NCBI GenBank assembly: GCA_044234415.1
Contig: JBIIIX010000001.1
Location: forward strand, 1 to 33,328
DNA from: Cyanobium sp.
Lineage (GTDB): Bacteria > Cyanobacteriota > Cyanobacteriia > PCC-6307 > Cyanobiaceae
DNA length: 33,328 nucleotides
Reading direction: 5' to 3'
Shown here: one piece after another, positions 18,422 to 27,469 of the stretch
Numbering within the stretch: the first letter of the stretch is position 1
How the letters are laid out: each line of letters opens with the position of its first letter
Made by a program: the position numbers and the translations under genes
Notes under the pieces: model-generated
Told to the model about the DNA's origin: nothing
Databases searched by the model: none
The model's input: the letters and a program-made list of their open reading frames with translations, nothing else

Positions 18422-19450
18422 ATGGGCATGGAGGCGTTGGGCGAGAACGACCGCGGCGGCGGCCTCAGCCGCCGGGCTGTGCTGGGGCTGGCGGCCATGA
18501 CTGGCGTGGGGCTGCTGGCCGGCTGCCAGCGCCGGCCGAGCGAACTGCTCGCCAGCCGCGGCGACATGGCCAGCGCCTGGGCGGCGGAGTTGCCCCGGGC
18601 CTGGAGCCTCAAGCTGCTGGATGATCCCCAGCAGGTGTTGGCCCAGCGCGACAAGGCCGAGCTGTTGCAACTCAGCGATGGCTGGGCCGGCAGCCTCGAC
18701 CCCGCCGCCCAGGCGCCGATCGCCAACGCCGCCCTGCTGGCGCGGCTCGACCCGGCCGCCCAGCCCGTCAGCCGCCTGTTCTTGAACGGGGGTCCGGCGC
18801 GGGCCTGGCCCTGGTCCGTCAGTCCCTGGGTGCTGGTGCTGCGCAACCGCCCCGACCTGATGCGCCACGCGGCGGAAGGCTGGAACCTGCTGCTCGATCC
18901 CAGCCTGGCCGGCAAGCTGGTGCTGCCCTCCAGCCCCAGGGTGATCCTGGCGCTGATCGGGGAGGATGCCGGCCGCCTGGCCCAGCTGCGGCGGGCTGCC
19001 ATGGCCTACGACGAGCCGAATGGCCTGAATCTGCTGCTCACGGCCAAGGCGGAGGCGGTGGTGGTGCCGCGCCAGCGGGTGGTGCCGCTGCTTCGCCGCG
19101 ATCCCCGTCTGCAGGTGCTGCTGCCCAGCGGCGGCGCGCCGCTCAGCTGGAATCTGCTGCTGCGCGGCGGCAAGCCCACGCCGGAACCGCCGCTCGAGTG
19201 GCTGGCGGCATTGCTGGAGCCGCCGCTCCTGCCCAAGCTGCTGCGGACGGGCTGGGTGCCGCCCCTGCCCATCGCCGCGCTGGAGCGGGCCGCCACGGGG
19301 CTGCCGGATCCGCTGGCCCGGCTGCTGGCGCCGCCCCAGGAGGTGTGGAGCCGCTGCTTCAGCCTGCCGCCCCTGACGGAGGAGGAGCGCAGGCGGTTGC
19401 AGCGGTTGTGGGATGCCAGCGCCCCGGCGGCCGCCAGCGCGGCCCGCTGA
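18422..19450 (+). CDS. ABC-type solute-binding lipoprotein with twin-arginine signal (PotD-like)
   Basis: LSRRAVLG...LLAGC; LSDGW, WNLLLDPSLAGKLVLPSSPR, PSGGAPLSWN; start uncertain (18416/18422/18428). Confidence 0.75.
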   Translation: MGMEALGENDRGGGLSRRAVLGLAAMTGVGLLAGCQRRPSELLASRGDMASAWAAELPRAWSLKLLDDPQQVLAQRDKAELLQLSDGWAGSLDPAAQAPIANAALLARLDPAAQPVSRLFLNGGPARAWPWSVSPWVLVLRNRPDLMRHAAEGWNLLLDPSLAGKLVLPSSPRVILALIGEDAGRLAQLRRAAMAYDEPNGLNLLLTAKAEAVVVPRQRVVPLLRRDPRLQVLLPSGGAPLSWNLLLRGGKPTPEPPLEWLAALLEPPLLPKLLRTGWVPPLPIAALERAATGLPDPLARLLAPPQEVWSRCFSLPPLTEEERRRLQRLWDASAPAAASAAR

Positions 19451-19590
19451 GCCCTTCCCCATCCCGCCGCTCGCGGCGGACCCCCTCCCCCCGGGCATGG
19501 CGCCGTTGTTGCCCCAACCCCCCTGCGGGAGAACTGGGGCCATGGACGCCTCGGCCCGCCGGGCACCATGTCCTGACGAGCCGGGTGGGG

Positions 19591-20769
19591 CTAGCCCCAA
19601 AGCCGCCGCCGCGGCGGTGCGGCCAGGCGGCGGTGGGTGTCCGCCAGCAGCTCGGGGATGGGCAGCTCCAGGGGGCAACGGGGCAGGCAGTCGCCGCAGG
19701 CCTGGCAGGCGGTGGCATCCAGCTGTTCCCACCAAGGGCCGGCCCGGCCGATCAAGCTGTAGCGCTCGCTGGCGAAGGCCTCCATCCCATGGCCCACGGC
19801 CAGGTTGCGCAGGCGCAGCAAGGCGGGGATCGGCACCTCGTTGGGGCAGGGCAGGCAGCGGCGGCATTGGCCGCAGCGTTCCGCTCCAAGCCGCTCCTGG
19901 CCCGCCCGCTCCAGCCGTGCCAGGGCCTGCCGCTCGGCGGCGCTGAGGGGGCCGGTGGCACCGGCCAGTTGGCCCGCCAGATCGAGATCCCGGGGCTTGG
20001 CGGCGCCGACGCTGAGGGTCGTGATGCCCTGGGCCAGCAGGAAGCGGTAGGCGAGCCGCAGCGGCTCGAACGGCTGGCAGTCCGCCACCAGCTGCTGGGG
20101 CGGGGCGTAAAGGCGGCCGCCTTTGTCGGCGGGGGAGATCGCCAGCACGCCGATGCCGGCGGCCAGGGCCGCCCGGGCCAGCGGCAGCCGCTCTTGGTCG
20201 AACAGGTGCAGATGCAGGTTGCAGAAGCTGAAGCGGCCGCTGGCCAGGGCCGCCTCGATCAGGTCCGTGGAGCCGTGGCTGCTGAAGCCCACCTGCTCCA
20301 CCAGGCCCTCGCCCACGGCCCGCTCCAACAGCGAGGCCCCGGGACCTTGCACGGCCCAGGCCAGCTGCTCCGGCGTGTTGAGGCCATGCACCGCCAGGTT
20401 GTGCAGCCCGCTGAGGCCAAGGCGCTCCAGGCTGGCCCGCAGCTGGCGCAGACCCTCCTCCAGGCCGGGGCCAGGCAGCAGCTTGCTGGTGATCACCAAC
20501 CGTTGCCGCGCCGCTGGATCACGGCCGGCCAGCCGATGCAGCGCCTGGCCGAGGAAGGCTTCCGCGGGGCCGTAGGCCGGGGCCGTTTCGATGTGATTGA
20601 TGCCAACGGCGAGGGCGGCCGTCAGCACGGCCTCCATCTGGTCGGGGTGGTCCAGGGCCCGCATCGTGCCCAAGGTGAACGGCGTCACCGGCCGCCCCCG
20701 GCCAAAGGGCCTCAGCAGGGGGCTTGGCCCTGGGGGGCCCGGGGGGTCAGGGTCCGGCCTGGGAACCAC
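19591..20769 (-). CDS. Aldo/keto reductase with C-terminal 4Fe-4S dicluster domain
   Basis: FTLGTMR, GINHIETAPAYG, VGFSSHG, CGQCRRCLPCP and CQACGDCLPRCP; start uncertain (GTG 20769 or ATG 20811). Confidence 0.92.
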   Translation of the reverse strand: MVPRPDPDPPGPPGPSPLLRPFGRGRPVTPFTLGTMRALDHPDQMEAVLTAALAVGINHIETAPAYGPAEAFLGQALHRLAGRDPAARQRLVITSKLLPGPGLEEGLRQLRASLERLGLSGLHNLAVHGLNTPEQLAWAVQGPGASLLERAVGEGLVEQVGFSSHGSTDLIEAALASGRFSFCNLHLHLFDQERLPLARAALAAGIGVLAISPADKGGRLYAPPQQLVADCQPFEPLRLAYRFLLAQGITTLSVGAAKPRDLDLAGQLAGATGPLSAAERQALARLERAGQERLGAERCGQCRRCLPCPNEVPIPALLRLRNLAVGHGMEAFASERYSLIGRAGPWWEQLDATACQACGDCLPRCPLELPIPELLADTHRRLAAPPRRRLWG

Positions 20770-21490
20770 CGGGCGCCTCTCCTCCCGCGCCGCCCTGACT
20801 TGGGGGCGCATCTGGACCAGTCCCGGGTCCAGCCGGTGGCGACGCGTCGGGGCCTGAAGCTTGAGGAGGCCTTGGCGCATCAGGCCCGCCGCCGTGGGGC
20901 GCCTCAGCCTCACCAGCTGCCTCACCAGCTGTGTCGTCAGCCGTTTCGTGAGAGGCGGATTCGCTTTCGGCGTCTTCGCCATCGCCCTCCTCGGGGATGG
21001 CCTTGCCGAGATGGCGGATCAGCTCGGCGGGGCTGGTGCGCTCCAGGAAGCGGCGGAAGTCTTCCTGGTCCACAGCGTCGGCTTCGGCATCCACGGGGAT
21101 GGAGGCATCGCTCACCACCTCCTCCAGCATCCAGATCCCCGTTTCGGTGCGCAGGGCCAGGGCGATGGCATCGCTGGGCCGGGCATCCAGCTCGTGGGCG
21201 CCGCCGGCCGCGTCGCTCAGCTTGAGCACGGCCCGGAAGGTGTTGTCCTCAATGGCGTGGATGATCACTTTCTCGAGGGTCAGCTGCCCGGCGGCCATGA
21301 GGCTCACCATCAGATCGTGGCTGAGGGGGCGGGGCGGCTTGACGCCATTGAGGCCCGCCAGAATGTTCTGGGCCTGGGCCTGATCGATCCAGATCGGCAC
21401 CTGACGCCGCTCGGAAGGATCGCGCAGCAGCACGATCGGGCTGCGGCTGGCTGCGTCGAGGGCGATCCCGGCGACCCGCATCTCCACCAT
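20747..21490 (-). CDS. Bifunctional nuclease family (DUF151) protein with acidic/Pro-Gly tail
   Basis: MVEMRVAGIALDAASRSPIVLLRD, PIWIDQAQA, RPLSHDL, DARPSDAIALALR. Confidence 0.93.
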   Translation of the reverse strand: MVEMRVAGIALDAASRSPIVLLRDPSERRQVPIWIDQAQAQNILAGLNGVKPPRPLSHDLMVSLMAAGQLTLEKVIIHAIEDNTFRAVLKLSDAAGGAHELDARPSDAIALALRTETGIWMLEEVVSDASIPVDAEADAVDQEDFRRFLERTSPAELIRHLGKAIPEEGDGEDAESESASHETADDTAGEAAGEAEAPHGGGPDAPRPPQASGPDASPPAGPGTGPDAPPSQGGAGGEAPGGSQAGP

Positions 21491-21567
21491 GGCCAGCTTC
21501 GCCTCCGCGATGCTCAGGGCATTTGTTCGATTATGGCCAGGTGGGTCGGCTCGGAGGTTGCCAAGCC

Positions 21568-22365
21568 ATGTTCACCGGACTGGTGCGGGCGCTCGGCCGG
21601 CTGGAGAGTCGCCCCGGCGGCGTGCGGATCACCCCGCCGACGGGGGGCAGCTTCATGCCGGCCGCCCTGCGGTCGCTCGGCGCTTTGGCCCTGGGCGACA
21701 GCGTTGCCGTGGACGGCGTTTGCCTCACGGTGGCGACCCTGCGTGGCGAGGGGGGAAGCGGCGGGTTTGAGGCGGATGTGAGCGAGGAGAGCCTGAACCG
21801 CAGCAGCCTGGGCCAGCGGGCCGCCGCGCGGCAGCTGGTCAATCTGGAGCCGGCGCTGCGGCTGATGGATCGCCTCGGCGGCCACCTCGTCAGCGGCCAT
21901 GTGGATGGGCTGGGCAGGATCCTGGATCTGCGCCGCAGTGGTGCGGCCTGGTGGCTGGAGATCGGCTGGCGGGAGCCCCGCTACGGGCGCTTTATCTGCG
22001 AAAAGGCGAGCGTGGCGGTGGATGGCATCAGCCTCACGGTGGCGGACTGCAGCGTCAGCGGCGACCGCTTTCGCATCGCCGTGATCCCCCACACCTGGGA
22101 GGCCACCACCCTGACCCAGCGGCAGGTGGGCGATTGGGTGAATCTGGAGGCGGATCTGCTGGCCAAATACAGCGAGCGCTTGCTGGCGGCCCGCGGATGG
22201 ACTCCGGCTGGCGCCCCCCAGGCCACGCCGTCCGAGGCCTCTCCCCCCCTGAGTTCACCCCATCCAGCGGCGCCGGCCGCAACGCTCTCGCCGATGTCCG
22301 GGTCCGTGGACAACCACCAGGACGAACCGCTCACCACCGCGTGGTTGGCCGAGCGGGGCTGGTGA
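21568..22365 (+). CDS. ribE: Riboflavin synthase alpha chain
   Basis: MFTGLV, DSVAVDGVCLTV, VNLEPAL, LGGHLVSGHVD, AVDGISLTV, IPHT, VNLEADLLAKY. Confidence 0.97.
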   Translation: MFTGLVRALGRLESRPGGVRITPPTGGSFMPAALRSLGALALGDSVAVDGVCLTVATLRGEGGSGGFEADVSEESLNRSSLGQRAAARQLVNLEPALRLMDRLGGHLVSGHVDGLGRILDLRRSGAAWWLEIGWREPRYGRFICEKASVAVDGISLTVADCSVSGDRFRIAVIPHTWEATTLTQRQVGDWVNLEADLLAKYSERLLAARGWTPAGAPQATPSEASPPLSSPHPAAPAATLSPMSGSVDNHQDEPLTTAWLAERGW

Positions 22366-22526
22366 GAGGGGTGAGGGCAAGCGCTGGCATAGCCGGCGGT
22401 GCGGCGGCGGGCATACCGGCGGAGCGGCAGCGGGCCGGGGATCACAGAACCCTTCGGAGCCGTTGCCAGGGTGCCCTGGGATTGTCAGGGTTGGCCGCAC
22501 CCTCACGCCCAGGCATCCGCCTCGCC

Positions 22527-23111
22527 ATGGCCCGCTCCGATCTCGCCCTGCGCCGCAGTGCTGCCGCTCTGCGCGGCTTCACGATGTTCGAGGGAGTGTT
22601 GTTCCTGGTGCTGGGACTCCTGGCGCTGATCTTTCCGGTCGTGGCCTCGAAATGGGTCACGGCGATGGTGGCCATCGGCTTTCTGGTGGGGGGGCTGGTG
22701 GGGTTGATCAACACGTTCAACCGCGCCCGCAGGCTGCGCGGCCCCGTGACCTTCTGGCGCCTGGTGCTGGCGGTGCTGTTCAGCGTGACCGGCTTCTGGA
22801 TGGTGCAGCAACTGGCGGCGGGACCGCTCTCCGCCAAGGCTCAAGTGGCGGGACTGGCTCTGGCGATCGGCGTGGTGTTTTTGGTGGAGGGGTTGGTGGA
22901 GATCCTCCTGTCGCTGTCGCACCGCCACCTGCCTGGCTGGGGGTGGGGCCTGAGCAATGGGGTGATCACCCTGATCCTTGGGCTTCTGATCCTTTCGATG
23001 AAGTTTTGGAACCTCCTCTGGGTGTTGGGATTGTTAGTGGGAATCAGCTTTCTGTTCACCGGCATCGACCTGTTGCGCTTCAGCTCCAGCTTTCACCCGG
23101 ATGAGGTGTGA
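22527..23111 (+). CDS. HdeD/DUF308 family membrane protein
   Basis: EGVLFLVLGLLALIFP, WGWGLSNGVITLILGLLI, LGLLVGISFLFTG; about six TMs. Confidence 0.88.
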   Translation: MARSDLALRRSAAALRGFTMFEGVLFLVLGLLALIFPVVASKWVTAMVAIGFLVGGLVGLINTFNRARRLRGPVTFWRLVLAVLFSVTGFWMVQQLAAGPLSAKAQVAGLALAIGVVFLVEGLVEILLSLSHRHLPGWGWGLSNGVITLILGLLILSMKFWNLLWVLGLLVGISFLFTGIDLLRFSSSFHPDEV

Positions 23112-23138
23112 GATCGAGGGGGGGTGTGGGGCAGGGGT

Positions 23139-23624
23139 TCAGTCCAGGGCATCGAAGCCGTCGAGCTCCCGCTCATCCAGCTCCCCATCGGCGGACTCGT
23201 CCTCGGGGTTCAGATCGGTGGCTTCGGACAGGGGAAGCAGCAGGATCGAGCCGGTTTCGGGCTCCAGTTCGATCCGAAATTCCTGGCCGGGTTCCAGCCC
23301 CATCAGCCGGGTGTAGGCCTGGCCGATCAGCAGATTGCCGTTGCCATGCACGCGGGTGCGGAACTCAGCCTGGCGCCCCTTGCCATGGCCCGTGCCCATG
23401 CCCGCGCCAGCCGTGCGGCCACCACTTCGCACACCGCCGCGCACACCGCTGCCGCTGGCGCCCTCGGGCAGCTTGTATCCCTTAGCGAGGATCAAGGCCC
23501 GGTAGAAGCTCTTCTTCAGCAGCCGGCCACTGGGACCCACGTAGCCGCAGGCGCGAGCGATCTGATCCTCGGGGCGATTGCTGAGGGAGCGCGCTTTATC
23601 CAACAGGGCCTTGCCCTCCAACAT
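23139..23624 (-). CDS. Cyanobacterial AbrB-like transcriptional regulator (cyAbrB); possible upstream start ATG 23711
   Basis: MLEGKALLDKA, IARACGY, FYRALILAKG, FRTRVHGNGNLLIGQAYT, PGQEFRIEL. Confidence 0.93.
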   Translation of the reverse strand: MLEGKALLDKARSLSNRPEDQIARACGYVGPSGRLLKKSFYRALILAKGYKLPEGASGSGVRGGVRSGGRTAGAGMGTGHGKGRQAEFRTRVHGNGNLLIGQAYTRLMGLEPGQEFRIELEPETGSILLLPLSEATDLNPEDESADGELDERELDGFDALD

Positions 23625-23831
23625 CACCACCGGGGTGGCTGTTGCCGTGCCACCAGAAGCCGTGCCACCAGAATTGGCTTGAGCCGCAGCGGAGAACTCA
23701 GGGAAGACCATTGAGTTGAGATTGGCATTATCAACTTTGACACGATTGTGCCCGCTGCCGCCTTGGCGTTGCAAGGGGGAGTGTTGAAGCGAGGCTAGGG
23801 TGCTCGCGGGGGCGGCTCGCAGCGGAGGACT

Positions 23832-24461
23832 TCAGAGCAGGTAGAGGATGCCGTACAGCACCACCCAGATGCCGTCGACGAAATGCCAGTAAAGCTCGGC
23901 GGCCTCAAAGCCAAAGGGTTGGCTGGCGCTGATCCGCCCCTCGGGTCTGGTCTGGAACCAGACGATCAGGATGCAGATCACTCCGAGGGTGACGTGCAGG
24001 CCGTGGAAGCCGGTAAGGGCGTAGAAGGTGCTGGCGAACAGATTGTCCGTCAGCCCGAAGGGCAGGTTGAAGTACTCCACCATCTGGCCCGCCAGGAAGG
24101 CGATGCCGAGGGCGCCGGTAATCAGCAGCCAAAGCCGGGATCCCGGGCGATCCGCGGCCATCAGCCGCTTACCGGCGCGGTGAAAGGTGAAACTGCTCAC
24201 GAGCAGCAACACGGTGTTGATCGTGGGCAGCAGCAGCTCCCGATCGAAGTTGGCACCGGGGGGAAGGGTATTGACCGCCCGGAAGGTGAGATAGGCGGCA
24301 AAGAAGCCGGCGAAGGTCATGCCATCAGCCACCAGAAAGGTGGCCAGGCCGAACAAACGGGCGTCGTGATGGGCCGTATCTGCCTCACTGTGGCCGTGGT
24401 GGACGGCATCGCTGGCCTCCACGGCGGAGGCGGGTCTGGATCCAGGGGCGAGGCTGGTCAT
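23832..24461 (-). CDS. ctaE: Cytochrome c oxidase subunit III
   Basis: TFAGFFAAY, NTVLLLVSS, FYALTGFHGLHV, LYWHFVDGIW. Confidence 0.97.
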   Translation of the reverse strand: MTSLAPGSRPASAVEASDAVHHGHSEADTAHHDARLFGLATFLVADGMTFAGFFAAYLTFRAVNTLPPGANFDRELLLPTINTVLLLVSSFTFHRAGKRLMAADRPGSRLWLLITGALGIAFLAGQMVEYFNLPFGLTDNLFASTFYALTGFHGLHVTLGVICILIVWFQTRPEGRISASQPFGFEAAELYWHFVDGIWVVLYGILYLL

Positions 24462-24690
24462 GGTGGGGGAAGACTTCGATAACGCGGAACGGGTGCAAGC
24501 CTTTGGGGTCGCGGCTGGCGATTCCTGACGAAAGATTCAGGTAGCTAAGGGAGGGAGGCTGATCATGGGGCTTGGGTGATGGGGGTTGAGCGGTCTGGCG
24601 AGACGATCGCAGCGGGGAGGAGTGGCGAAAGGAGCAACCAGGAGAAAAAAGTGCAAGATGACAAGCAGTTTTGTCGCTGATCAGCTCTGT

Positions 24691-24741
24691 TTGATTAGGT
24701 CAAGTTGATCCGCTCAATGTTGATCGGCTCAAGTTGATCAA
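24691..24741. repeat. Tandem array of TTGA-N5-TCAA (x3) plus TTGATCAA; candidate regulatory site
   Basis: ttgattaggtcaa g ttgatccgctcaa tg ttgatcggctcaa g ttgatcaa. Confidence 0.8.
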
Positions 24742-26411
24742 CTCCAAAGCTGCTGGGCGGTGACGCTGCCTAAGTCCATCAGTTTTGGATCGATTCCGTA
24801 GCCATAGGGCTCTTTCACCAAGGGCGCTTCCCCCTTCCAGTTCTCCACCGGCGGTGGCGAGCTTGTCAGCCACTCGGGGGTGAGGGCCCGCCAGGGGTTA
24901 TCGCCAGCCACGGCGCCACGCAACATGCTGTGGATCACGTTGTAAAGGAAGGGCAGCGAGCTGATCGCCATGAGCAGGGCACCCACACTGCTCACCTGAT
25001 TCCAGAGTGTGAACTGGGGATCGTATTCAGCCACGCGGCGGGGCATGCCGTTGAGGCCGAGCCAGTGCTGCGGGGCAAAGCAGAGGTTGAAGCCGATGAA
25101 GGTGAGGACAAAATGCAGGCGGCCGAGATTTTCGTCCAGCATGCGGCCAGTAAACTTAGGGAACCAGTGATACACCGAGGCAAAGATCACAAACACCGTG
25201 CCGCCGTAAACGATGTAGTGAAAGTGGCCAACGACGAAGTAGGTGTCGTGAACGTGGATATCGAAGGGAACCTGGGCGAGGGCAACGCCGGTGATGCCGC
25301 CGAATACGAAATTAAAGATGAAGCCACAGGCAAACAACATGGCGCTGTTCAGGGCGATCTTGCCGCGCCAGAGCGTGGCGAGCCAGTTGAAGAATTTGAT
25401 CCCGGTGGGAACGGCGATGAAGGAGGTTGCGATCGTGAAGAACAGGCGCATCCAGGGGGGCGTGCCACTGGTGAACATGTGGTGAGCCCAAACGACCAGA
25501 CCGAGCACCACGATGGCCATGATCGAATACACCATCGTCACATAGCCGAACAAGGGTTTGCGGGCGTGCACAGGCAGGATTTCGCTAACCAACCCAAAGG
25601 CTGGCAGCACCATGATGTACACGGCAGGGTGGGAGTAGAACCAGAAGAGATGCTGGTACACCACCACATTGCCCCCCATGCTGGGATTAAAGAAGCCGGT
25701 GTGGGCCACGATATCGAAACTCAACATCAGCAACGTGCCCGCCAGAACCGGGGTGGAGAGCACCACCAGAATGCTGGTGCCGAGCATCGCCCAGCAGTAC
25801 ATCGGCAGTTGCATCAGCCCCAGCCCAGGGCGGCGCAGTTTGAGAATGGTGGCAATGAAGTTGATGCCGCCAAAGATCGAACTGCCGCCCAGCAACAGCA
25901 CCCCCAGAATCCAGATCACCTGGGCCGTCGCCGGCGTGGTGATGCTCAACGGTGGATAGGCCGTCCAGCCGGATTGGGCAGATCCAGTGATGAAGTGGCT
26001 ACCGATCAGCAGGATGCCGGCTGGTGGAATCAGCCAGAAAGCAACGGCGTTCAGCCGCGGGAAGGCCATGTCGCGGGCCCCCACATAGAAAGGAATCAGG
26101 TAGTTGCCAAAGGCCCCATTCACCACGGGCACGATCCAGAGGAAGATCATCACCGTGCCATGCAAGGTGAGCACTTCGTTGTAGGTTTCCCGCGGCACGA
26201 AATCGGAAAGCGGGCTGGCCAACTCCGTGCGGATGATGCCTGCCAAGGCGCCGCCGATGAAATAAAACAGAAAACCGGTCACCAAGTATTGGAGGCCAAT
26301 CACCTTGTGATCAAGACTGAAGCTGAAGTAGCGCAGCCAGCCCTGGGGCTGCAGGGATGGGGCGGGCGGTGGCGGTGCGGGCTGGAAATCAGTGGGGCTG
26401 GCAACGGTCAT
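24738..26411 (-). CDS. ctaD: Cytochrome c oxidase subunit I
   Basis: DHKVIG, TLHGTVMIF, WFYSHPAVY, VWAHHMF, HDTYFVVGHFHY, GMPRR. Confidence 0.98.
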   Translation of the reverse strand: MTVASPTDFQPAPPPPAPSLQPQGWLRYFSFSLDHKVIGLQYLVTGFLFYFIGGALAGIIRTELASPLSDFVPRETYNEVLTLHGTVMIFLWIVPVVNGAFGNYLIPFYVGARDMAFPRLNAVAFWLIPPAGILLIGSHFITGSAQSGWTAYPPLSITTPATAQVIWILGVLLLGGSSIFGGINFIATILKLRRPGLGLMQLPMYCWAMLGTSILVVLSTPVLAGTLLMLSFDIVAHTGFFNPSMGGNVVVYQHLFWFYSHPAVYIMVLPAFGLVSEILPVHARKPLFGYVTMVYSIMAIVVLGLVVWAHHMFTSGTPPWMRLFFTIATSFIAVPTGIKFFNWLATLWRGKIALNSAMLFACGFIFNFVFGGITGVALAQVPFDIHVHDTYFVVGHFHYIVYGGTVFVIFASVYHWFPKFTGRMLDENLGRLHFVLTFIGFNLCFAPQHWLGLNGMPRRVAEYDPQFTLWNQVSSVGALLMAISSLPFLYNVIHSMLRGAVAGDNPWRALTPEWLTSSPPPVENWKGEAPLVKEPYGYGIDPKLMDLGSVTAQQLWS

Positions 26412-26446
26412 GATGCGCGGGCGGTAATGGGACGCAAAGGGGTGGA

Positions 26447-27334
26447 TCAGGCTGTTGCCGAAGCTGCCATGGCGATCGTGGCAGGTCTGTTCTTCTGGAG
26501 CCAGCTGTCGTAGTCGTCGGGTTCATGGACCACCACCGTGGAACGCATGCCGCCGTGGTACGGACCACAAAGTTCGGCGCAGACGATCGGATAGCTGCCG
26601 GCTCGGGTGGCGGTGAAGGTCAGCACGGTCGGCTGGCCGGGGATGACGTCCTGCTTGAGGCGGAACTGGGGCACCCAGAAGGCATGGATGACATCGTTGG
26701 CCTTCATGCGCAACTCCACCGGCTGGCCGAGGGGCACATGCAGTTCGCCACTGGTGATGTTGGCGTCTGGGTAGTGGAAAATGAACGCGAACTGCATGGC
26801 CGTGAGTTCGACGGGCAGCACGGCCTCGGCCGAGGCATTCGCGGCACCCATGCCGCCCACCGGACCGATGCCCCCCCAGATGCGGGATGGGGAGCTGCTG
26901 TCATCAGAGCTGTTGGCGCTCACCATCTCCGCCATGGCCCCACCTTGATGGTGCATGGCGCTGTGGTCGTTGAGGGCCGTCATGCCCCCCATCCGCTCAT
27001 AGATGTCGTAGCTGTAGATGCCGATGAACAAGACCACCACGGCGGGAATGGCGGTCCAAAGAATCTCCAGGGGCAGATTGCCTTCGATGGCGGCGCCATC
27101 GAGGTTGTCGCCAGCGCGGCGGCGGAAACGCACCAGGCTGAACACCAGCAGGCCGGCGATGCCGAGGAACAGGATCGTGCCGATGCTGAACAGCACAGCG
27201 AACAAGCTGTCGTAGACGGGTGCGTTGCTGCTGGCATCGATGGGCAGCAGGTTGATGTTCTGGGAGGCCCAGATGCCGGTGAGAACCAACACCATGCCCA
27301 CCAGGAGGGTGATCAGGGGGGTGGGAATAGGCAC
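26447..27334 (-). CDS. ctaC: Cytochrome c oxidase subunit II
   Basis: LEILWTAIP, DVIHAFWVP, CuA motif CAELCGPYHGGM. Confidence 0.97.
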   Translation of the reverse strand: MPIPTPLITLLVGMVLVLTGIWASQNINLLPIDASSNAPVYDSLFAVLFSIGTILFLGIAGLLVFSLVRFRRRAGDNLDGAAIEGNLPLEILWTAIPAVVVLFIGIYSYDIYERMGGMTALNDHSAMHHQGGAMAEMVSANSSDDSSSPSRIWGGIGPVGGMGAANASAEAVLPVELTAMQFAFIFHYPDANITSGELHVPLGQPVELRMKANDVIHAFWVPQFRLKQDVIPGQPTVLTFTATRAGSYPIVCAELCGPYHGGMRSTVVVHEPDDYDSWLQKNRPATIAMAASATA

Positions 27335-27469
27335 GACGCTTCAGGAAACGAGCGGACTTAGAGGCGAATCAACACCAATCTCACAAGCCTATGGGCGTTT
27401 GCATGGCGGCGCGAGGACTTGCTCTGAGAGGCTGCCATCTGGCGTCAAAGTTAACAGTCGCGGCCGAGA

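Noticed and set aside
21491-21567. FMN riboswitch upstream of ribE
   Set aside because: Only a 77-bp divergent gap, with no RFN consensus.
24691-24741. Canonical FNR boxes
   Set aside because: Spacing is TTGA-N5-TCAA, one base shorter than TTGAT-N4-ATCAA; kept only as an unassigned array.
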